Assembly (NCBI GenBank): GCA_009602735.1
Contig: WELA01003606.1
Coordinates: 142,770 to 206,769 of the forward strand
Source of the DNA: Mesotaenium endlicherianum
Taxonomy: Eukaryota
Direction: 5' to 3'
DNA: 64,000 bases
A program made the position numbers and the translations under genes. Shown here in pieces: positions 49,788 to 61,860 of this stretch. Numbering within the stretch: the first letter of the stretch is position 1; each line of letters starts with the position of its first letter. The notes under the pieces were generated by a model. The model saw nothing but the letters and a program-made list of their open reading frames with translations, ran no database searches and was not told the origin of the DNA.

Positions 49788-52106
49788 ATGGCAATGGTGG
49801 CCAGCGCCAAGCCCTTCGCGGCACTTGATTTTGGTGGAGACTCGATTGTGGACTTCTCGCTTGACTGTGGGGCATTTTCTGGCAATGAAAGTGATGGTCA
49901 ACCAGGGACAAGTGCATTGTCCGATGACCAGACGTGGTCTGGAGCTCCAGGAAGATTTAGGCATATCGATGATTGCACTGATGAAGTCTCTTCTCGTGTG
50001 GCAAATAAGAGCGGAGAAGGACCTAAAGGGCTCACCATTATTAGGCGTCAGCAAGAGGTGTGTGATGTCCAGGAAAAAGGAGTGCAACTAGTGCTCAAGG
50101 TAGGAATAAATAGCTTCCTTCACCCTTTCCCGTCTCCGTCATCCGCAACGACTACGTTGATGGAGTCACAAAGTGAGAAAGAGGCGAGTGGTAGATGCGA
50201 AGCAGGTATCGTCCAGTCATGCCACAGTAGAGCTCCATACGACTCAACCGTCCTGGGTAATATGGATGAGAATACCTATTCAAACTTGTCCGGAGAGGCA
50301 GAACTGGCTGCAGATGGTATAGTTATCATTCCCAAGTGTGTTGACCTGGACACAGTCCCTGCTTCAGCTGAAGATGCAGTTGCCCTAGTTTCTCCATCGT
50401 GCAAAGGTTCTTCAGGACATTCTGGTCAGGCTGATTTGGCAGAAGGGGAGCAATATGGGTGTAATGTGGAGGACAACCAGGAGGAGGGAAGCCACGGTAG
50501 CCAGGGTGCTGGCAGTAGCATTCTTTTAGCTACACCTGAGCAACAAGTCCACGGTGACAGCATGGCAGATGGAGGAGACACTGGGCCAAATAACTCAAGT
50601 CCGTCAAGAGCGGGTCAGGGACATAGTAGTGTACAGTATGCAATTTCGACTCTGCCCCTCAAGAGGAAGCGGGGAAGACCGAAGGGGAGTGGTAGGAAGA
50701 ACAAAGGGCAGACAATGGTCGTGCCCAAGCTGCAGTTGCCTGCAACTTCGAGCTCTATGGGTAATCGCGCCATGTATCTGAAGCTACAGGAACAAAAGTC
50801 AGCAGGCACAAACACGTCCATGCCCAAGCGTCAGCCTGTCACTAGGTGTGACGACGGAAGTGGCAATGTTCTCAACGTGGCACGAAGTCAGAGCTGCAGT
50901 AGGCCTGATGCTCAATACAGGTCTACTCATGGTCATGATGAAGACATAAGGGGCATTAATCGTGCTGGTAGTCATGGGAGCAACCAGTCACTAAATGGCA
51001 GCTCAAAGCAGCCGCCGGTTGGAACTCCGAGGAAACGTGGTAGGCCAAGGAAGCGGCCCACTGAGGAGGGCCCTGTCGTTGTTGAAGTGAAAGAGCAGCG
51101 CCTTCACAGGGGCTTCAGCAGAGATAGTGCATCTGCCTCCCCCTGTCTGGGAGACGAGTCAGCTGGTTGCAGCCTCAAAGGCAGTGCTGCAGTTGATGTC
51201 ACTGTTGTACGGGATCCTGCCTCCACAGGACTTAGTCACAGAGCGTCACTGCAGAGTACAGGAAGTCGTAGCATTGCTTGCAAAAAGGATTGGCTTACTG
51301 TAAGTACGATTGCAAGTGAGGAAGTGAAGCAGGGAGCTGACGACTGCCAGAAGTTGGTCGATGTAGAACTTCCCTTTGCTGAGCCTGCGAGCCCTGATGC
51401 TGATACAGGCACTGACTATAAAAGCGACATCTTGGAAGGAGGTGCCAGTGGATGGGATAGTGAGGACTTTGAGTATCCAAGCAAGCGGCGTCGGTCATTA
51501 GGCAGGCCTAGAGGCAGACCTTCCAGAAAGCAACACTTGCTATCAGTTTGCAAGGACTCTCCTCGTGGCAGGTCAAGCGCGGAGGCTTCTCGAGGTGAGG
51601 GCTCTTCCAGGCATGTCAAAAAGGCAGTCAATAAGAGGCCACGTGGCAGGCCCTCAAAACTCCAAGCAGGGGTTAGGGCCAGTGCCAACAGATGTCAGCA
51701 GCCTATGCAGAAGGAGGAACTCTCCAGCAAAGCAGAGCGGCTTGGAGATCCCAAGCTCTGGCAGGGCATCCATGTGTCAAACGACGTGAGTAATGTGCAC
51801 TGCAGTCTGGAGCAGAAAGGCAACGGCCTCCAAAGCACAGTCAGCTTCCAGCTTCAGGATGATGTGCGAGTGCTTAAGCAGCCTCGCCACACAGTGAACA
51901 ATATAAGGTTGGGCGACCCCGATGGGTCAACCCGTACTTACCAGGAAGTCAATGCGGAGCTGGACGTTCCCTGGCTCCCTTCGCTTCTGGACGAGGTGCC
52001 CCTAGATGAGGAAATCGATACTGCTGCCAACTTCGATATTGAGGGTTCTTTTCCATTTTCGTATCTGGAGGAGCTTAATACCAACGCCTTGCAGCTGGCC
52101 CAGTAG
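49788..52106 (+). CDS. Putative multi-AT-hook chromatin/DNA-binding protein (772 aa, largely disordered; may have additional exons)
   Basis: Uninterrupted 2.3-kb ORF with AT-hook motifs KRKRGRPKG, RKRGRPRK, GRPRGRPSRK and RPRGRPSK, and an acidic-hydrophobic C-terminus. Confidence 0.75.
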   Translation: MAMVASAKPFAALDFGGDSIVDFSLDCGAFSGNESDGQPGTSALSDDQTWSGAPGRFRHIDDCTDEVSSRVANKSGEGPKGLTIIRRQQEVCDVQEKGVQLVLKVGINSFLHPFPSPSSATTTLMESQSEKEASGRCEAGIVQSCHSRAPYDSTVLGNMDENTYSNLSGEAELAADGIVIIPKCVDLDTVPASAEDAVALVSPSCKGSSGHSGQADLAEGEQYGCNVEDNQEEGSHGSQGAGSSILLATPEQQVHGDSMADGGDTGPNNSSPSRAGQGHSSVQYAISTLPLKRKRGRPKGSGRKNKGQTMVVPKLQLPATSSSMGNRAMYLKLQEQKSAGTNTSMPKRQPVTRCDDGSGNVLNVARSQSCSRPDAQYRSTHGHDEDIRGINRAGSHGSNQSLNGSSKQPPVGTPRKRGRPRKRPTEEGPVVVEVKEQRLHRGFSRDSASASPCLGDESAGCSLKGSAAVDVTVVRDPASTGLSHRASLQSTGSRSIACKKDWLTVSTIASEEVKQGADDCQKLVDVELPFAEPASPDADTGTDYKSDILEGGASGWDSEDFEYPSKRRRSLGRPRGRPSRKQHLLSVCKDSPRGRSSAEASRGEGSSRHVKKAVNKRPRGRPSKLQAGVRASANRCQQPMQKEELSSKAERLGDPKLWQGIHVSNDVSNVHCSLEQKGNGLQSTVSFQLQDDVRVLKQPRHTVNNIRLGDPDGSTRTYQEVNAELDVPWLPSLLDEVPLDEEIDTAANFDIEGSFPFSYLEELNTNALQLAQ

Positions 52107-53301
52107 GCGGTAGTAGGCGGTAGGGCTCAGGCGTCGAACTCTCGTCTGTGTCATCTAGTTTAAGCTTGTTCAGCACATGGCGGTTCTGGAGGACACCTGT
52201 GCTTCTTTGAGTTGGACTGCCAGGTTCAATTTGATGATGCCTAGTTGGCATTTTTACTAGTTCAGCTAAGTTTAGGCAATAACGGTGAGCCGCAACAAGC
52301 AATGTTGAGCATTGTAATTGTAAATTTTGTAGGCTGTTCCAACACTAACTCAATGCTGGAGGAGCTCTGTACGATAGAAGCAGTACAAAACTGCTTTTGC
52401 TCTCAGTTGGGGGGCTGTAACATTGTACATATACTTTCTGATCGACTGGTTTTTAGTTCAAAAGAAGTATTTTATGTTCTGACCAAGGGAATGATTATTT
52501 CTTGCATGAACATGTAGAACCGAAAGCAGTGCTCCATGCCTTCACTGTTCGTTTTATACAGACACATCTCTTCAGAAGAATTCATGTTTTAGTGAAGTGT
52601 ATATGGGTCCATCTACAGTATCAGTTCCCATCATGCCCACTGAAAGTAGTAGGGACATTGATTTGGGCTTCACTAGCTTACTGGATATTGTCAACCAACT
52701 TATCGATGGAAATTTGCGACACCTCAGACATGCCCTATTCTCTTGCCAAAGCGGTGTTTCCAACACGAGCAGGATGATGAGCACTTACATCAACGCTTGC
52801 TTGCATTGAGATCTTTTTACCCGCATGCATGGTAGTGAGAACATCTTAGTCCTTTTTGAGAAAGCTACAGAACAACGCAGCCTGCTGTGGTAACTATTGT
52901 GCACTTGTACCATGACATGGTCTTTCAGAGTAGCCAAGAAGCCTGCATTGGACACTGCTATGGGGGCCGCCCATCATCATCCTGCCTGCAACTTATGCAA
53001 CTCAGAAGGGCAAGCATTTGAACTTGCAATGTAAGCTGCTATCTTCTTGTCGGCTTTGTGCTAATCTACTTGCGTACTATTTTTCAAATTTTTAAGGTGG
53101 CGACAGTTACTATTGCTATACAGCAAATGACAGGACCCACACCATCTAAAATACCAATCGAAGTGATGTACTTACAAAGCAACTGCTCCTATCTGAGATC
53201 TGAGCCGTAGCCCAACCTGTGCCTACGCAGTATGTACATCTGCACCAACTTATTTATGTGTAGTACCTTGCTCAAGCGAACGAATCAGAAGAGGCATGCA
53301 A

Positions 53302-56300
53302 TTATACGGGACTTCTTGCAGGAAGAGGAGGTGCAATAGGCTGCACAACAGCAGAAGGGGGGGGTCCATGCTGCAGGAGGCTCCTGTCTCTGACAGCATC
53401 GGCCAGCCAGCGGTGGGACTCCACATAGCGCTTGTATTCACGAAGTGCTTCCAGCTGCTGGCGCACCTGTATTTCCTTCTGCTCCTTGGCTATCGCATGA
53501 GCAGCCCTCAGCTGCGTTATGTTCTCCTCGAGAGCCGCTCTCATCTGCGATATCCTCTCCTCAAAAGCCGCGTCCATGAAAGCGACCTGCGCTCGCAAGT
53601 CACCATGCTTCATGAAAAAGTACCCAACGGCAGGCCCAAACAGACAAGCAAGTCGTAAGCAAGAATGAACCGCTCATCAAGGATGCACTTGAGGGTCAGA
53701 GCGCGGCCCTCCGACAGGCAAGCCAGGAGAAGGAGAAGGAGAAGAAGAAGAAGAAGACAAAGAGAGAGTAGGAACCCTGGAGCAAGCAAGCAAGCACAAG
53801 CAAGCAAAGAGGCACTTTTCTGCCTAGCTGAAGTGCGAAAGCCAACGTGCCCTACCTCGCGCAGGGCGCCATCGATGTAGCACTTGAGGCGCAGCTCCTC
53901 GGCTTCTAGGGGCTCCAAGGGCCGCGGCAGGCTTGCAAGGTGTCTGTAGAACGCCGCATCGATCTGGGCACGCAATGGCGGTGGTGGCGGCAACGGCGGC
54001 GACGGCTGCGGCCCTCTCGGCACGGCCTGCACCGGCACCAGCAGACCGGCACGAGTGCTGCCGACAGCAGCAGGCGCAGAGCTTGCCGGATGTTCACCAC
54101 CCAAGCTTCCAGGTACTATTGTCAGCTGTGCGAGCATCCCACCAGGCATCTCATTGATGCCACCTGTCAGTGTTCCTATACCTGTACCTTCACCAGGAAT
54201 TTGGGACGCAGAGGCCTGGCCAGCTAGCGCGGTGGCACTTGCAGGAGGAGCAATCTGCGCAGGAGTGGCCCTGTTGAATGAGCTGACTGCATTTGCGCCA
54301 CTTGGCATCGCTTCAGAGGGCTGCAGGGCATGCGTGGCGATTAAACCTGCTGCAGCCGCCCTATGCCCCTCGAGTGCGATTCGCGTGGGAGCAACAGAAG
54401 GAGAAGCTCCCTCCAGGGGGCTGGGAGTTCGGGCACCAGGAACGCCGGCCCTCTGCTGCTCCCTCTGAGCCACTGCCAATACAACAGGTGGTAATGAAGT
54501 GGCGGGGCTGGCCTCCGGAGGATTTAACAGCTGGCCTGCCTCTGCGGCAGATGGAGCTGACTCAGCGCCAAGCCGCCGCTTGCGTCCCCGTCCTTGTGAC
54601 CGCAGACATGACAATGCAGCATTGACAGGCTGCTGGGTTCTGAAGCTCTGCTGCTGCCGTCGCTCTCCCAGGCTGACTCCCCTGCTGAGTGCCGGCAACT
54701 GCAAAGTCGCAGCATCACTGCCTCTTGCCACCTCTGAGCGAGCGGCTCTGTCTCCTGCAGCTACAGCTGCAGCTGCCACCTGGACACCTGCGGCCGCGGG
54801 TGGCACATTGCTCAACCTGGGCTGATCATGACGGCCAGCGGCCGGCGTGTGCCCACCCAAAGCCTGGCTGTCAACGGCCCCCGTTGCGCCACGTGGTTCA
54901 GGGACAGCTGTTAGACTCAGCACGGCCGCTTCGTGAGGGGGCGGCTGCAGCAGCTGCTCCAGCTGCTGCGGCTGTCGCACAACCGCCGCCAGGTGCGCGG
55001 CCACAGGACCCTCGTCCACGCCCTCCTCCTTCTCCCACATCTGCACCTCCGCCTGCTGCAGCCGCAACAGCTCCCGCTCCTCCTGCTTCTGCCGCTCCTT
55101 CAGCCGCATCTGCTGCCGCTGCTGCTGTATGCTCAGCCAGTCCCTGGCCTCCTGCTGCGACTTGCGGAGCTGAGCCTTGACGAGCACCTGGTGCTTGCGG
55201 AGCTCGTCGTACGACTCATACGACACCACCCCCGCCACCCGCCTGCTCTTGTCCCCCGCTGCCACCGCCCCAGCTGCCGTCGCTGCTGCTCCTGCCACTC
55301 CCACCCCTCCTCCTCCGCCCTCGCTCTCCTCATGCGCGCCAACTCCGGCGCCTTTCCCTTGCCCCAAAGCACCCTCACGCGCCTTGTGCTGCTGCGACCC
55401 GCCTCGCTCTCCTGCGCTCTCACTTCTGCTGGGCTCCGACTGCGCTGCCACCTGTCGTCGGACGACAGGCTCATGGTGGCGGTCTTGTTGCAAACGCAGC
55501 ATGGGCCCATTTGGCAGAAGAGCATCACCGCTCACTCTGCCCATGATCGTCCCCTCTCCACCACTCCCTCCTTGAGGCTGCTGCAGCTGCTGCTGCTGCT
55601 GCTCCCCAACCCCACCACTCTCACCCCCACCTCCAACCCCACTCCCATCCGCAGCCCCAACTTTTCCACCTCCACCTCCTCCTCCCCCTTCCGCTACGCC
55701 GCTTGCCACAATCACACGTTCCGCTGCCGCCACTGCCGCCACCTCTGCCGCCGCCACTGCCACCATCACCTCTTCTGTCTGCTGCCTCTGCTGGGCCCCA
55801 GCATCCTCACCCTGCTGCGTGGAAAGTAGTGCTGGAACCTCACCTTCCTCGAGCTCTTGGGGCAAAGCCAGGGGCAAGGGCAGGGGCAGGGGCAGGGGTA
55901 GGGCACTTGCTGCACCACCTACATTCGCCACCTCAGCAGATCCGGGACCTTCGAGTGTGCCCTCCCTCTGCTCCTCCGCATCTGCCGCCAGCTGTCTCCC
56001 AGGCGCATCCCCCTCTGGATCCATCATGGCAGCTGCCCCCGCGTCGGCCTCTGTCTCCATGGCCACTCCCCCTTGCTGCTCCTGCCCCTGTTGCTGCAGC
56101 TCCTCCTGCTCCTGCTGCTGCTGCTGCTGTTGCTCCACCCCCACTCCTGTCTCGACCCCGCCCGCCCCGTCTCCTCCCAATCCCCTCTTACCTGCGCCAT
56201 CTTCCTTTGCCCTCACATGCCCTGCGGCGACACCGCTCTCCATTCCGCCCCGCGCTGCCTCCTCCGGTGGCACATCAGAAGTGGCCCCGTGGCTGGCTGC

Positions 56301-56714
56301 AGGCGTGCCATCTGGCGGCTGTTCCGGCGCGGGATAGCACTTTGAGGACAGCTGGCTTTTGAGCTGGAGCATCTTTTCGACTGTCTTAGCCCCTAGCAGC
56401 GGCAGCACCTTTTTGGCTGCTGCCAGAGAGGCCTCCTCGTCCACGCCCACGCCCAACTCCTCCGCCGCAAGCCAGCACTGCACACCCATCACCCACCCAC
56501 CCACCCACGTGTGCCCACCCACACGCCCACAAACTTCCGGCTAAGGCTGCCTGCCCACTGTCTGAAACTCTGCCAGGCAGTCCCTCCAGCCACAGAGAGC
56601 TGGCCTCCCAGCCGCAGCAAGCCCCTCACACCCCATGTCTGCGTGTGCTGGTGTTTTTGAAGGAAAGAATGCTTGTGCTTGCGCGTGTACATGTGCGTGT
56701 GTGTGCACACATCC

Positions 56715-56774
<60 letters not shown>

Positions 56775-59700
56775 AAGCAGTGTATACATCGGGGGGAGGA
56801 GGAGGGCGGGACATGATCGGCCTCATTGGCGCGGCACAGCTGAGACTGAGAAGAGGGCAATGCCATCGAGCGAGGGATCCATGAGAACATAACAAACCCC
56901 CCCCCCCCTCCCTCCCCTCCACCCTCTTCTTCCTCCTTGGTTGGATGCTTGTAGCGCTTGTGCTGGAAACAGCAGAGCATATGTTGACAGACACTGCCTA
57001 TGCCCCAGGCCGACTGAAAGGAGGAGATTTTTCTGGACGCCGTCGTACACCACAAGGAACATTTACCCTGCAAGAGGTAAACCTGTTTGCAACCTGTATC
57101 ACACGTACGTGCGCATATATGATATGCGTCTATACTTATACAAACACCCCGCCCATTTAGCTTGCCTTCCAGCGCGGAATTGAGGGGTACCATGCTGAGC
57201 TCGATGCCCGCAAGAAGGACGGGTCTGTCCGGCAGCATGCGGTTCCGCAAGCGCCGCAGGAGCTCCACGGCCTTCTCGCCCACCCCCTCCTGCACGCCCA
57301 CCCCGCACCCGCACCCGCACCCGCACCCACGCCCCGTCACACTCTCCCTCCTCCCCGGGGTGTAAGCACGCACGCACGTACGCACGCACGCACGCTGGCA
57401 TGCACGCATGCTCGTATGCTGGCACGCATGCCTACTCTCAATTCAACCAAGCACCCGCGAGACATGACACCCAGCATGAAACCGGCCACGCCGGATCTAC
57501 CCACGCCCACAAGACACAACACTTGTGCTTTTGCATGCCCACATGGTCCCAAAGAGCCCCGTAGCCCAGCAGGCAACTCTCTGCCACAGCCCTTTGAGCA
57601 GCCCCATCACCGCCAACCAATGACTCGAGAGGGAAAGGATAGACAGCGGCAGGCAGGCAGGCAGGCATGCAGGCGGGCAGGCAGGTGGGCGAGCGGTCAC
57701 AAACAGTCACAGACACACAGGCAGAGACAGGCACAAGGGGCAGGGGCGACAGGGGGCGAGCACGAGGCAGGCACAGCCAGGCACACACAGACAGGCGGAG
57801 ACAGGCAATCGGGCAGGCGGGCAAGCAGCGGGCAGGCGGGTGGGGACGCACGGGCATGCGGAGGGACGAGCAGAGGCGGCGAATCTCGAGCTCCATGCGC
57901 TCGATGAGCAGCCGCGTCTGCTCGTGCACATCCTCCCGGGCAACGGGAGCAGGAACGGCGGGGCTTGTCGCATGGGGAGCACTTGACGCCAGGGGCGCCT
58001 CCTTCCCGTCGCCCCGGGCTCGGGCCAAACTGGCAGGAGCAGGAGGAGGAGCTTCACCAGGCATCCCCTCCTCCTCATCCTCCTCCACCACCACCTTCCC
58101 CTTCTCCTTCTCCTCTTCCTGCGAACCTCCCTTACCAGTGGGTTGGCCCTCTCTCTGTGCTTTGAGCGCAGTCTCACTCTCGAGCCCTCCTCCTCCGGGC
58201 TGCTTAGGGATCGGGGCTGCGACCGCGGTTGCGCTTGCAGCAGCAGCTGCTTCCTGTCCTCCCTCGTCCTCGACCTCCAGACTCTCTGCACCTCACAACA
58301 CGGCACCGGGCAGGAACGCAAGTAAGAGGGGGCAGAAGACGAGCACGAGTGAGAGGAGGGAGGACAACGCAAAGCCCTCCCTCACAGACGGGAGCAGAAG
58401 AAACTCATTGGACACAACACTTGATCTGCAGCCAGAGAGAGGCCAGAAATGGAGAGAGCAAGTGCGTGATTCCACACATGGCTCTGGCTCTGGCTGAGGC
58501 TGAGGCTGAGGCTCAGGATGTGGCTGATGAGGTATGCTGCGCGGAAGGGCACCTGGCGGCTGCTCGTGCACGTGTGCTTGTGAAAGTGGCAGCCGCAGCT
58601 CCCGCGCCCTGCGCCCGCGCGACGACATCTCCGGAAAGAGCAAACCCTGTGTGCGCGCGCACGTGCCCCCCTGCTCCTGCCCCTCGGCCTTGCCTCCTTT
58701 CTCTCCAGCACCCGCATCAGCACCCGCGTGCACGTTTGCATCGCCATCTGCGTCATGAACTTTGAGAGCGGGCGGCTGGCTTGATGCCTCGCTATCATCA
58801 GCTTCAGTGCCACCACCCCCAGCATGAGGCTCTGAGGGAGTGCCAAGTGGAGGCGTCAGAGGACTTGCAGCAGGGATGGCGGCGAACAGTACAGCAGGCT
58901 CCAAAAAAGCGCCACGTGGAGCTGCTTCAGCAACGGCAGGAGCTGTGGCAGGAACTATAGCAGAACCTGAAGGGACTGCCAGCTCAACATGAAGAGCAGG
59001 AAGAGCATCAGCAGAGTGACCACTAGGAGCTTCTGCTGTGACACGCGGCAGGACAGCGAGAGGAGGTCGAGGAGGGGGGAGAGGAGGAGGCAGTTCTGTG
59101 CCGAGGCCTGCAAGTACAGGTGGCGGCATCTGGGCGGCCCTGTCCCCCGGGCCGCTGTTGTCCTTCCCCACCTCGTCGCCTGCTTTGTCCTGTACTTTTT
59201 CTTCGTCTCCTTTCTTTTTTTCTTCTCCTTCTTTTTCCGTTTCTTCTTCTTCCTCCAGCCGTACTCCTCCAGAGGCTGCCTTTGCTGCTGCAGCTGCCTG
59301 CGCTCCTGCAGCCCCTCCTCCTTCTTCCCTGGCGCCTTCCCTTGCAGGCCCATCCTCTGCAGAAGGAGCTCCAGAGGGTGCTGCTGCATGGCCATGTGGT
59401 GCCTCGTCAGCCTCGCCACTCAGCCTCAGCCTCTTGCTCGGCCTCCTGTCGCCCCCTCCTGCCTCTACTGCGAGGAGCCTTGGAGAGCCGGGGGGAGCCT
59501 CTTTATCTCCCTCTTCTTCTTCTTCTTCTTCTTCTACTGCTCCTGCTGCTGCTGCTGCAGCTGGTGCTGGTGCTGCGGCGGCAGCAGCGGCGGCAGCGGG
59601 AGCGGCGTCGGTGCAGGAGGAAGCCCCGAGGAGGTATTGGCTCCAAAACGTGCGGGGGGGGAGCACCACAGGAGCAGCCTTCTCGCCTGCACAGCGCTCA

Positions 59701-60714
59701 AAGAAGCCGCCACCAACCTCCACAACCCCGCGCTTGCCCTCTTGCCGCCACCTGTCACGCTCTCCTGCGCTCCCCGTCGCGCCGAAGCTGAGCGCCCGGT
59801 CAACAAGGGCCCTAGTCAGCGTCCTGTGCAAGTTTCCCCCTCCTCCTCCTCCTGCCCCTCCTTGTTGCAGCACGTGTAGAGCTATACCGGAGGCCTCGCC
59901 TGCTCCGTCATGCATCCCGCAGCACAGAAGCGCATTCTGCTCAGGTGGGGCCCTACCAGGGGCCGCCCCGTTTGGCTGCTCCCCGCTCCCTGCCTCTGTC
60001 CTTGGCCTGGGCCCTGCTGCCTCCCGCTCACCCTCCTCGGCTGGCAAGGGACGAGCGTACAGCTCCGGGAGTCCCCACTGGAGCAGGCTCTGACAAGCAG
60101 CCAGGAGGTAATGCTCACCACTGCCGCTGCTGTTGCCGCTGCTGCCGCCGCTCTGGCAGTACAGCATGAGAGCGCGCGCCGCCCTGATCTGAGCAGCGAG
60201 TGGTGCTCGCGTGCTGGGGCTCCCGTCAGGTGGCGCTGCTTCCTTGCCGCTTGGGGAAAGCCCCGGGGAAGAAGCGGGATGCTGGCTGGATGCCACCTGG
60301 ATCTGCCCCGCATGCCCACCCTGCTGCTGCTGCTGCTGCTGGTGCCGCTGCTGATGCCCAGTCTCACCCCCCTGCCGGCTCCTTCTGGCGGCCTCGTTGT
60401 CAGATTGCCCCCTTTGGCTGGGCCCAGATAAAGCTGCATCAGCAGGTGGGGGCGTGGGGCCGGTTCCGGAAAAAGAGGAGGGGGACAGCTGCTGCGCCAG
60501 CAGTCTCTCTTCTGCAGTGCCGCGCGTGAAGAGGCGAAGGACGGACACCGCACGCTCACGCGGATGCGTCACTCGAAAGATCGTCTGCCCCCACCCAACA
60601 AGTCACAAGTCAGACCAACCCTGCCCCGCATGCAAACGCGCCTCGCCTTCAAACGAGTGCACACATGTACATATACGTGAGTGCGCGCGAGCGCGTATGT
60701 ATGTGTGTATGTGC

Positions 60715-60766
<52 letters not shown>

Positions 60767-61829
60767 GAGTGTGCACGCGTGGACGCGGGAGCGTGTGTTG
60801 CTCGTGTAAAATTGCAAATAAGATTCTGTATGTCCTTTCACGTCAAGAAGCAGATGCTCATACGTGGGCAGAACAGCTGGGCGGATCACCATCACCCGCC
60901 CGGCCAGCTTACCTCTCTGTCGGCCTCCAAGTCAAGGGAGGAGTCGAAGAGCACAACGGTATCGATGTCAGAGGCCCCCACTCCCCACCTGCACGCCTCC
61001 GGCGAGCTCAGCACAACCCAGCAGCCGGCAAAAAGGGGAGCGTTCTTCTTCTTCTGCTGCTGCTGTTGGACGGTCTCGCGCGCACACTCCAAGGACTGGC
61101 TGCTCCTCAGGCGCACTACGTCCATGGAGGATGGGAACCTGCGGCGCAGATACGTCTCCAGCATGGCTCTCACGGACGCCAGCTGTTGCCAACCACCCCA
61201 CACGCACCACGGGCCAATATCAGCAGAAAGAGGGGGCCGCAACATAAGCTGGATTGATCGGGTGGGCTCGTGTGAATCGCATGCTGTCTGGGAGATGACG
61301 TTGCAATGGGGGACAGTTTTACTGCACGACCAGAAAGAAACGAAGGAGGTAGACGAGCAGGAAAAGGAGGAGCAGCAGCAGCAGGAGGAGGAGAAGGAGA
61401 AAAAAGGAGCAGGAGGAGAAGGAGGACAAGGAAAGTAAAAGGGGACAAGAGGAGGGAAAGCAAATACGTAAGAAGGAAAAAAAAAGGGATGTGGGGAAGA
61501 AGAAGAGAAGGAAGGTTGAAGATTCTGACCTGGCTGATGATGAGGACCTTGCGGGGCGACGACAACGACGACGACGGGGAGGAGGAGCAAAGGGAGCGCG
61601 CTAGAATGGAGTCCAGCACCCGCAGCTTGCCACCGGCGTGCACCATGCGCCGCACGCTGCCCTCGCCCACAGGGAAAGCAGCAGCTGCTGCCACTGCTGC
61701 TGCAGCTGATGTCGGCTCCTCGTTAAAGCTTGCCGCCAGGCCCTCCTCCACCAAGTATGGATGCCCGCAGCACTGCCCCACCCATGGCCCACTTCCGACA
61801 ACGTCACACCCCGACGCACGTGGGTGCAG

Positions 61830-61860
<31 letters not shown>

